A stretch of DNA of 63,507 bases, the filler included, from Octopus bimaculoides (lineage: Eukaryota), in the NCBI RefSeq assembly GCF_001194135.2. It is 6 parts of 6 records of this genome, joined end to end, with 100 filler letters (N's around TTAATTAATTAA, not from the genome) between each part and the next. Parts side by side here need not be neighbours in the genome. Positions count along the whole stretch, not along the records: positions 20,713 to 47,616 come from NC_068985.1; 5 more parts are not named here. One strand, written 5' to 3'. The notes under the pieces are model-generated. The model was not told where the DNA came from, made no database searches, and saw only the letters and a list, made by a program, of their open reading frames with translations. Position numbers and translations under genes: made by a program. This document shows, in pieces, positions 22,136 to 33,500 of the stretch (the stretch's first letter is position 1; every line of letters starts with the position of its first letter).

Positions 22136-22325
22136 TAACATCAAAAAATACCTTAGGAATGAGAATCCTGGTTCAAAATTTCCCCAAGACACCTGATGTA
22201 TCCTGGAGGGAATATCAGCCGAAACGTTGTGTTAAGAATTAAAAAGATGAGGACAAATATCCTTCAAATGTAAATAACGTAAATAATGTACATAATTCCC
22301 CGTGTCTTAAATATAGAACTGCATG
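21920..22325 (+). mobile_element. Family H: inverted tail piece + tRNA-like head + (AAT)n + hammerhead-motif tail
   Basis: A-box TGGCATAGTGG (22003-22013), B-box GTTCGATTCC (22048-22057), (AAT)n, then GACAC-CTGATGT-..-CAGCC-GAAA-CG-TT-GTGTT (22188-22233). 21920-21993 is the reverse complement of the tail. Confidence 0.88.
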
Positions 22326-23038
22326 TTAACTGGTTAACTACATTTTTGAAGATCCAAGCATTTGTAGGCTGCCAAGTGCAATGTTTTTAGTAGTATGAAT
22401 TTGAATGTATAATTTGGGTAATTAAGCTTAAGTTTACGAAACTGTTTCCCGTAGTTATCCTCACTTGCATTTTCGGAGACATGTTCTCATCATACCAGTA
22501 GGGTAGTTGAACTTAATGATGGTACATGTTTTTCCCGTATATATCTGTATGTAATGAAAGGCCATACTTAATATTTGATTTAAATGTGATACTGCGTTGG
22601 TCCGCACAAGTCTATAATTCTATGACCATCCCAACATTCAGCCCTGCCCATCATCCTTACTGTAAGAATGTCGCTTATTGGGGTTTTTTTTCGAACACAA
22701 GTTTTTGTACACGTACAAAAACGTTAAATGCTTGGAATTTGCTATGTCTTGTTATTTCGGGCCACTGCTTTATTGAATGCAGGGTTTTCTGAGTTCCAAA
22801 TTTTTTTTTTATTTGGCTGTAATATTCTTTAGGGTAATTTATGTACGTGTGTATATCATTGTTCAGTTTTATTTCAATATTTCTAGTCTAAATCCAACGC
22901 TCCTTCATTGGAATTTCAACATCAACAACAGGGTATTTTTGAATGCATGTATGTAGGTATGTGTACACATTTTTACGTTTTGCTTTATGTATGTCTTCTT
23001 ATGAATATAATTACATATCTATACTTTCTTATATATAC

Positions 23039-23080
<42 letters not shown>

Positions 23081-24465
23081 TCATATATACATAAATGATC
23101 AACATCTGAGAAGTTTTACACATATTTACAGTTCCAGTGATAGATTAGATCTTTAGACTTCGAATTAGCTTTCTCCTTCCTCGTTTATTTTATTGATAAA
23201 TTCTCAAGATTGGTATTTAGCAGGTAGTGTGTTACATATCCCAGGGTCCCAATAGTTACAGCTATTAACCTGAACATGGTATCGAGATATAATCACTGCA
23301 GACCTCTCAATAATAGTATTTTGTCCGTGAGTAGTCTCTGAGTTAAAATTGCGCCGAGGTCAACTTTACCTTCATACTTTTCAAACTGATAAAACAAGTA
23401 TCAGTTGTACACCAGGTTCGATCTAATCGACTTTTTCCTTTGCCCAGAATTGATGGGTTCTTGTGTCAAAATATGAAACGAATGCATTCCCTATCATTGT
23501 TTCCAATTTTGTGTTGTAGTTGTGGTTGCTATTTTAACTATAGATCTTATCCGAAGAGTAATCATTCCAACACATATCATACCTCATTCATGACCATTCA
23601 ACAATATCTTAAGTTGAACGCTACATTATTTAAACTGTTCTACTTTAATTAACAAAATATATATGACTTTGGGGATATCTGGTTGCTATTTCTAGCGAAT
23701 AAAGTCCCCTATTTAGAGGTGTCCCATCAGAGTGGGTTAATTTCCGGCAGTTGTTCTTCTCAGGTTAATTGAAATAGCAACTCGAAATGTAACATTGGTA
23801 ATTAAAAATAAATTGATTAATACAATCTTGGCAATCCCCTGCCTAATTCACGTTAGAATCAATCATACGTAATTAAAGGTAATTGCTACCTATATTAATT
23901 ACTCGACCAAAATTAACTTTTTTGCGCATTTCAAAAACAAAATAAATAATTGCCTTGATTATATATTATAGGCGCAAACATGACTATGTTTATCACAAGT
24001 TCTCTTCGCAACCATGTGGTCTCGGGTTCTATCTCAAATGTTTTCTTATGAAGTCCCAGGGTAGCCGATGCTTTGTAAATTAAGTTTGCAGAATGTTAAA
24101 GTTCGCGATTACGTACCGCCTGTATATATATATATATATATATATATANNNNNNNNNNNNNNNNNNNNNNNNNNNNNNNNNNNNNNNNNNNNNNNNNNNN
24201 NNNNNNNNNNNNNNNNNNNNNNNNNNNNNNNNNNNNNNNNNNNNNNNNNNNNNNNNNNNNNNNNNNNNNNNNNNNNNNNNNNNNNNNNNNNNNNNNNNNN
24301 NNNNNNNNNNNNNNNNNNNNNNNNNNNNNNNNNNNNNNNNNNNNNNNNNNNNNNNNNNNNNNNNNNNNNNNNNNNNNNNNNNNNNNNNNNNNNNNNNNNN
24401 NNTATATATATGTATATATATATATATGCGTATGCTTATTTAAATTTATGTAGGAAAGCATTATA

Positions 24466-25052
24466 ATATTGGTTTGAAACCTTGTGACGAGGCCAGCAAA
24501 ATCGAGGAAAGGGGCAAGGCGATTACATTTTATCGATCCCGAAACGAACGAAGGCAAATTGGACCTGGTGGCACTTGAACACTGAAAGTAAAGACAGATG
24601 AAATGCTCATTATTTACATTTGACGGATATTTGTCCTCATGTTGTTTGTTGTTAACACAACAAACAAGATGAGGACAAATATGTTAACAACAAACAACAT
24701 GAGGACAAATATCCGTCACATGTAAATAATGTAAATAATGTACATAATTCCTCATCTCTTAAATATAGAGACGACATGCTGCTAAGTATTTTCCCTGGCG
24801 TCTCAACGATTCTTCCAGGTAGTCCCTGAAGAATGATTTAATATTGGTTTCAAGTTTTGCACAAGGTCTTTAATTTCAGGCTAAGAAATGAGTTGATTAC
24901 ATCAACTCCAGTGCTCAAATGGTAAATATTTCATCGACTCCGAAAGAAATGAAAGCGAAGACGATCACGGCGAAATTTGAACTTAGACTTAAAGACAGAC
25001 GAAATATTGCTATGCATCTTGCGTAGCTTTCTGACGACCTGCCACCTCGCGG
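24466..25052 (-). mobile_element. Two SINE family D copies; the first is interrupted by a family H hairpin (about 24608-24768)
   Basis: ..atcgacc/tccgaaag..aaagtcgacctcggcggaatttgaactcagaacgtaaagacagacgaaat..ctaagcattt is the reverse complement of a tRNA-like head and recurs through the window. Confidence 0.8.
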
Positions 25053-26614
25053 ACAATAACCATAGAAAAGATACCGCAAAGAATTTGGAGGATAATATTA
25101 AGTTAACATTGATATATGTTGTGGGAAAACTGACGTAAATACACCGCATATTTCGATGTATCATCTGTCTTTGTAAATGTGTGCCTGTGTGTGTGTATAC
25201 ATTAAATACATATATACATATATGCTTCTGATAAAGAGTGTTACAGAATTGTGTGTAATTTTAGAAAATAAATTGTGTCAATAATCATTTCTCATTCTCA
25301 ATGATCAGGAAATATTGGCCACTATATTTGTAATTAACAAAGATGTCAAAAGGTTAATGAGGCACAGCTTATTATTGGACAATATGCTTGAAAGTTTGTA
25401 GTTGATTTGATGTCATTTCAAACTATTGCCTTCTCCGTTCACACGATTCCGCTTGATATTTCTATAATCATAACATTTGTGTACAGCTATGTTGTTCTCG
25501 TAAATGCTGTTGTTTATTTCCCACGTTAGCTTTAATTTGGTAGAGTAAACAGTAAAGGCGTTCCAAACCTGACCATCACTGTTTTAGCACTAAATATGTG
25601 TCGTATGTGAAATACGTCGCATATTAACTCGAAATTATTTATTAACGCAGTTATCATCTAATCCTTCGTCGTTCCTAAACAGCCAAACATATATTTAAAG
25701 GCTATCCTGCCATTACATTTCTATTATTTTTTCAGAAATAAAGTAATCACTCGACTATCGCAGGTTTGAATCCCCACCCCCGTGAAAATGTGAAAATAAG
25801 CGAAATAAAAAAGTACTGTATATTTTAAAAAATATTTTTACAAGTTGTATATATTTATTATAAATGTAAAGCAACACTACAGGGGAATCGACGTAAGCTA
25901 AAATAATAAACTACAACAGGTGAACAGCGAGAGGTGAACCGAGATACGGCGAGTGATTACTGTAGTTCCAGAAGCAGTTCCCTATCGAGAGAGTAGACGG
26001 CAGAGTGTGGAAGATTTGTTTTCGTTCGTAGAAGGTTGACAAACTAATTGACTTACTTGACCATAGCCGAGATGATAGTCTTCATCTACAGACACTGTTC
26101 CACGTTGACAATGAGAGATTATTAATTTCAATACTGCTTTTTTTTTTACATAGATTAGAATAACAGAGATTTAAAATTGCATCCAGGTTTCCAAAGTAAT
26201 TTTCTGGATAAAGCTGATCTGTTATAGTTCAGTGTCTGCAGGAGTTCGGGTTTAAACACTGAAATTTTCCTATTACAGCATTTCAGCCCTCCTCAAATTT
26301 GTAAATAAACATTTTCTATGCTATACATTATTTCCCGGCTTATAACAGTTTCCGCATGTCTTACTTTATTTTGATTTCTGATTCAAATTCTTAAAGAAAT
26401 TCACATGTGGTTATGCAACTCGTTTTTCTCTAGAATTTCATAATAATAATATATTTTGAAATTAATAATATGATATCAGCTTCATATTGCAAGGAGTTGA
26501 GCGCACATTTTAGAATTTGTGCAGTGTATTCTTTGTATTTCTGTTGTTAATCAACGCAGAGGGACTCTGTTCATAGAAACTTGGTCGAACCCCATCGGAT
26601 TTCTTTATTCCACT

Positions 26615-26990
26615 GCTTAATTAACAAATTATGTTTACAAATTATTCTCTTTGCCAGATTTTATGGGTCTTTCTTTTTCTTTTTGGTTTTCTGAGATTGG
26701 AAAATGTCAAACAATTCTATAATAAAATGTTTTTTCAGGTGTAAATCCTGAAAATGCATTCCTATAATAATCACGTTGATAGGTTCGTTTAACCTTGCTG
26801 TCACTCTAACAATAAAACTATTGTGCATGTCTGTTAACGTTAGACATTAACTAATATTATTATTGGATGGCATAAAATTACAAGAAATTGAAATTTTCCA
26901 AATCCAAATGGAATAACTGCAAAAATGCTGTCAGTCCATCAATAGGAGCCAATTGTATCATTCCGTAACTTTTAAAATTACCAATTTTTA
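26615..26990. repeat. Locally clustered AT-rich module, copy 1 (others about 28985-29345, 31455-31805; inverted about 35480-35740)
   Basis: Shared blocks aattaacaaa..tgtttacaaa, ttttcaggtg, ctataata, tttaaccttgctgtc-ctct, aaattacaagaaa, aattcacaaatgga and cataacttttaaa, in colinear order. Confidence 0.8.
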
Positions 26991-28499
26991 AAGGTTATAG
27001 TTTCCTCTCTCTTATTAATATTTTTCTTTTCTACAGACGCAAATGCGAGACAATTTTCAATATAGAACAGTAATGTGAATTATTGAAAGAAAATTATAGA
27101 TTAAACGAAAGTGTAAAAAGGAATCAAGATCAATTATATTGAATCATAAGAGAGAAAGCTAAAAATGAAAGATAATTGAGTTCATGCCTGGGATTTTTAT
27201 GCGTAGGTTTTCCAGAGGTAGAGGCAACAAATTTGCAAATGCATCGGAACAAATTTGATTCAGAGTTTCATTTAACTTCGGTAATGTGCAAAATAAAATT
27301 TTAAAAATCTCGAGGAAATGCATAATATGTATTTACAAAGTTGCAAGCAACCATTCTGAAATTGTCCATGACTGAATAGGATTCATCTCAGTGTTTTTTT
27401 TCCAATAATGAAACTGTAGCTTGGAAACATTTTATGCATCAACCCTCTTCCTCCATTTTGTTGTTCTGGTGCATGTTCTTCCTCTTCGTTCTAAACTGTT
27501 CTGCCAAATCTCCTTTGAAACGTGTCCTACCAATTTCAAGAAGGAGCAAATAGAGAATATGAAGTAAACATCCCATAGTTGATGCGAGATGTACAGCTTG
27601 TTTCTGTCAGGTTTCCCAAGTACCATATATTATGAAGTTTCGCTGCTTGCTACAGATATTCTGATAAAATCAATTATACAATCATTTTGCTGCTATCAAG
27701 GTATCAAGTTTTCCAAGAATGCCACGTGACTTTCGTCGCTATATCTTTTTAAAATAGTATAATTTTCAATCAGGTCTAAGAGGCCACATATTTGGTATTC
27801 ATGTCTAAGGGAACAATCAAACCGTGGCATTAATTTCAATAACGTTTCAGCCACCATATATGTAGATATGTGTGGTTGAGAGGAACGCGCGTGTATGGGC
27901 GTATGGGTATGTGTTTTTTTTTATGTGTGTGTGCGTGCGTGTGTATTTGTGCCTTCGGGTCGCGGTGTCACATAGTTGTTGTGAGCAAATGGCAGCAGAA
28001 TCGGGCTGATGTCTTTCGTTTCCAGTCTCCTGTGATACAGGTGCTGTCACTGGAAAATAACACCTTCATTCAAAACTGGTGAGGGATGGATACACTAATG
28101 CCTGCCACAAAAAAAAACATGGTTTAATGAATATAGAATCGATGATGACGATGACAACGACGAGGGCGACGAAAACTACCAACACGACGACCAGTAAGAT
28201 GCTGATGATGATGACGATGACTAAAAGGAAGTGTGAATATATCTTGCCGCTTCGTGTCTTTTCGATACTCTATTTATTGAATTATGGCCAAATGAAATTC
28301 TCTATGGCGAACTTCAAAAGATGAACTAAAATTATATTAGAGAAACCTTTGGCGTAATCACGACAAAAACGCTTAGGGCGATTTGGCCTTTTATGCTTCC
28401 CGGGGCAGAGAAAATAAGTACTAGCTGAGCCCTGGTGTGGATGTAAATGGAATCTCCGTTCCCCAAAGTTGCTGTCCTTGAGTCAAAAGTATAGAACCG

Positions 28500-28760
28500 A
28501 TGTTATTCTTTTCTACTCAAGGTACAGGGCCCGAAATGTTTGGAGAAGGGTCCCAATCGATTATATCGACCTCAGTACGCAACTGGTACTGAATTTATCG
28601 ACCCCGAACGGATAACAGGCAAAGTCAACCTCGGCGGAATTTGAACTCGTAATGTAAAGACAGACGAAATACCTATTTCTTTACTGCCCACAAGGGGCTA
28701 CACACAGAGGGGACAAAGCATTTCTTCCGGCGTGCTAAAGTTTCTGTCAGCTCGACGCCT
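28500..28760 (-). mobile_element. SINE family D
   Basis: tttctactcaaggtacagggcccgaaat..atcgacctcagtacgcaactggtact..aaagtcaacctcggcggaatttgaactcg..gcgtgctaaagtttctgtcagctcgacgcct. Confidence 0.88.
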
Positions 28761-29453
28761 TATAGAACCAATATTTTTATCGTCGGTGTTGCTTCATTTC
28801 TGTTCGCCGTTGTTGTTGTTCTATTCATAATCATCACAATTACCTTTAACAGATTCTTCATATTTCAAGATACACAGAATATCTAAAATACTGTGGAGTG
28901 GATTCACACTAATCATTTTAAATATGTGCATTGGCAATATACACGACGAAAAAACATTAACTCCATAGTTTTCCCTTTATTATTCTTGCGCAATTAACAA
29001 ACTATTTGTTTACAAATTATTTCCTTTATTCGATTCCATTTATTTTTGTTTTTCCGATATTTGAAAATGTCAGTTAATCTGCAAAATGAAATGTGTTTTC
29101 AGGTGGAAAAATCCTCAAATTCCATTCGTATAATAGTTTTGTTGTTAGGCTCATTTAACCTTGCTGTCTCTCTGTAACAATAAACCTATTGACGGTGTCC
29201 ATTTAAGTTAAACTCGAACTAATACCTTTATGGGAAGAATAAAATTACAAGAAACTCAAATCTGTCAATTCACAAATGGAATAACTGAAAAACTCCGTCA
29301 AGCAATTACGCCATTTCATAACTTTTAAAATTGCCAATTTTTAAGGGTTGTATTTTACCTCTTCTTTTCTCCTTCATTCTGTTTCTCGCATTCCAACTAT
29401 CCTTCAAACGTTTTCTCTCTTTTTACAAACTCCCTCTCACCAGCTCTCTCTCA

Positions 29454-29497
<44 letters not shown>

Positions 29498-30309
29498 CTA
29501 TCTCTCTCCACTCTCTTACCCTCTTACTTTCGGTGTTTTATTTCAATTTTCATCTGAGCAAATGAAAGACAACTGTGAATTTGGAATAGTAATATGAGTG
29601 AGAAATATTATCCGAAATTTACGAAGTCAATTGCTAGGTTAACTGAAATCTTGAAAATGAATTTCAGATTAAATAAATTGAATAATAAGGGAAGAAAACC
29701 GAAAATATGAGATCTATTCTTCGTCGTAAGTTTTCAAACGACTACAAGAGTTAGATTCAGAAGATATTGAAAGATTTAACGAATACGAAATCATATTTAT
29801 ATGGACTTTTTAAATGTAAGGATTGGCCCTACGCATCGTGTATAGAACAATGAGTTCTATAACATATAAATCATTAGAAAACAAAAATCGTGAACAGGTA
29901 GAGCTATAAAATTTTAATTTGATCTTCAGGAGCTGTTTCGAAGAACAATGGCATTAGATAAACGGTGATGTTTCTACAGATGTTTATGGGTTGGTTCATA
30001 TAATCATATTAATTAGCTACAGAGGTACTTCAGAGTTTTCCGTCAACTTTCGGGAAATGATATCCAAACATATTTTAAAGAGAGCAGTTCGAAGTGGTAG
30101 TCTGAAATGTTCTCCGAAATACCGCGGAGAAACCGGTGTTTCCGGTTTCAATATTCAACACTGTACATGGCTTATCAATGTTTGCTCTAATGCTAAAATG
30201 TAATATCATCTCAAAATTACAATCAGATTTTATCCTAGTTTTGACAATGTTTAATCAGATTTAATCTAGATTTAACAATGTTTTATCTGTAGTATAAATG
30301 TAAATTATT

Positions 30310-30500
30310 ACTTTCTACTCTAGGCACAAGACCCAACATTTTTTGGGAAGGGAACCAGTCGATTAGATCGACTCCAGTACGCAACAGGAACTTAATTTAT
30401 ATTAACCTTAAACGATGAAAGGCAAAGTAAATCTCGGTGGAATTTGGACTCAGAACATAAATACACACGAAATACTGCTAAGCATTTCGCCCGGCGTAAA
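30310..30500 (-). mobile_element. SINE family D
   Basis: ctttctactctaggcacaagaccc..gattagatcgactccagtacgcaac..ctcggtggaatttggactcagaac..ctaagcatttcgcccggcgt. Confidence 0.88.
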
Positions 30501-33500
30501 TAATCGTTTCTTTAATTCATCTTCGGTCTTTCAATCAATCGGTTAGTTTTGCCGATATCCCCATTTGCTTTCCTCAGCCTCGTCGATGAAAAGCTCTTTC
30601 TTGTCCTGTTCTATATTTATACCTGTGGATAAGTGGCATTGGATATAAGGGTGGGAGGGGAGAAAGTATTATAGAACGACGGGCTGAGAATCATTCCCCA
30701 TCCATCCATATTATTTGGTATTATAGACGTGTGGCCACATCATTCTCACAATTTTAAGTACTTGCGACATTCATAGCATTGGGTCTACTCACTAGTCAAG
30801 CGCACCTAAGAACGAATGCATCCTATTTCATAAGCACTTACGGTAGACTTTATAATATTCCTATCACGTGAAGTAAATGGCACAATCTGAATTATAGTTC
30901 TGGCTTGTTTTCATTTGAAAATGACATTTAAAAAATATTTCGACGGTGAGCTATTGGTATTCTGTTGTTGGTCATGTTAATCTTATATATTTGAATTATC
31001 CAAACAACTACACTGCATCTTGAAACTGGCATCGTGAACGCATATGAGGAAAAGAGAAAATTTATGATCAAAGAATGAAACTTTCTATTAAATTGAACCG
31101 TAAAATGTCTTCGGTGCTTTAACTTCAAAGGTACTCGGAAGATATAAACGAGTGCTTCGATGTTGTTCAAATAAACTCAGACCACCTGTTGTTGCATAAA
31201 TGCTGCCTGCCATAGAACACTGGAGACAGTGATATTGCAGCTGGTGATCTGCCGTCAGCAGCAGGAAGGACCCACAATGCAAGGTGTAGGTTAATGATAG
31301 CAGACTTTCATTCTGTTATTGAAAGCTACAGAGCATTTGTTTTATACTTTGTTGACTCGACTCTTTTCAGCATTTATTGATAATTATGGCTTGAAATTCC
31401 TTGGGAATTCAATCTTGTAAAGAGGTATGGGCTACATCGCTTTTATTTGCATGATTAATTAGGAAAATAATTTGTTTAGAAAATACATCATTTGTTCGAT
31501 TTCATGATTTTTTCCTATTTCGCTATTGAAGAATATCGTGTAATCTCTAAACTACATGTCTCCTCCAGTGGAAAATTTGGGAATCCTGCTTCTATAATAG
31601 TTTTGCTGAGAGATCCACTTACCCTTGCTGTCGCTCATACAATAATCCCATAGCGCTTGCCTGTGTACCTTAGATTCTAACTCACATTGGCAAAAAATAT
31701 TTTTACAAGAAATGCAAATCTGTTAATTCACAAATGGATTATCTGAATAATTCTGTCAATCTATCAATAGCAAGCGACTGTTTTAATTTCATAACTTCTT
31801 AAAGTGAAATATATTAATATTTTGTTTTTACTTTCGACCTTCCATTTGTCTTATGTTTTAAATTTATAAAAAACAAATATAAGAAACATTTTCGAACGTG
31901 TTTGAGAAATATTTCAAGTAATTTTCTGAAATTATCAAGTGTATAAAAATAAATTGTAAAATAAATATACTAAATAAAAATTGACGGAACACAAAAGGAA
32001 AGATATGAAATCAACAGAAGCCATTTTTCTGTGTTGCTTAAGGAAGGTATATAAAGCAAAGAATTTGCAAAATCTATGAAAACAAATTAATCCCCATTCT
32101 AGTTAAACATCTAGGGGAAACTTTTTACGAAAATAGTAACTTATGGTGACCTGATGTGTGATGAAGGCATTTTTGTCTCAGTGGTATCTTTCGTAATGAA
32201 AACATAACGTCTGGGGTCTATGTAAGGATTTATTATTTTTTAATGTAATACTTAGTGATAAAAAGGAAACCTCATTAAGCAGAAGTAACTGAACTTGGCA
32301 TTGTCGGGTGGTGGGGCGAACATTTTGAAATAGCCATAGGTTCATTGAAGTATTTATTAATTAGCGTCAGGAAGCTCCTAGCTATGTTGACTGAAAGTTT
32401 TGTCATCACCATCATCAACATGAAAATTGTTTTCTCGAGACCTAAGACTCCAAGAATCACCCTCCTCCCGCTTCCATAGCGCAGAAGAGACCGACATCAT
32501 ACCACTTTACTGCCTAGTTATTCATTTACAACAGAAGGAACAGGAGCGGCGTGCAATGAAGTTGTTTCATCAAGAGCACAATACTCGCTTCCTGAATCGA
32601 AACTGGTAATTATAATTTCAACACCATAAGTCGTAGGCTACGTGATTTCACTACTATTTGTATTGGGTAGTGATTAAATAGAAGCGTTCTGAACGTGATC
32701 GCTACCAAAGTGGAGATATTGGCTGAGTGTTCGAAATTCGGTGGAAAGGGTGCACTTCGTTGGAATAGAACACACGGTTCCTTGTTTAAATTTCCTCGCA
32801 GGATTCTTCTAGAAAGAAAGAGGAGCAATAGTGAGAGTGGCAGACGGGTAAATCAGAGAATATGAGGGTGAGGTGAAAAGAACCCGTTCTCATTCTTTCA
32901 ATATAATGGAAGTGATTCACTCAGAGACAGCGCTACTATCGGCCGGTATTGGAGGTAATTACACGTAGCAGCATTATAAAAACGCTTATAGACAAGCGCT
33001 CACAAACACACACACACAAAAACACGAACACACATATATTCACGCTTATATGTACTTATATATAGACATATAGGCATAGGCATGCAAGCTTTACACATAT
33101 ATTCGATCGTAGCGATATGAAACATAAAATTCCAGTTCCAGGTAAAAGAATTCATTACAAATAAAATTTATACTCAGCAACCACTAACGAGTGTTCCCTT
33201 AACGTTTAAACATGTAATATACGTGTACATGTCTGTCTATATCAATAAGCGTATGTATGTATATATATATATATNNNNNNNNNNNNNNNNNNNNNNNNNN
33301 NNNNNNNNNNNNNNNNNNNNNNNNNNNNNNNNNNNNNNNNNNNNNNNNNNNNNNNNNNNNNNNNNNNNNNNNNNNNNNNNNNNNNNNNNNNNNNNNNNNN
33401 NNNNNNNNNNNNNNNNNNNNNNNNNNNNNNNNNNNNNNNNNNNNNNNNNNNNNNNNNNNNNNNNNNNNNNNNNNNNNNNNNNNNNNNNNNNNNNNNNNNN

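Noticed and set aside
31230-31295. Minus-strand ALWVLPAADG as the missing CRPPA exon 1 (VLPAGG)
   Set aside because: Lacks GxGxRM and KQF, has no in-frame start and lies beyond an artificial spacer.
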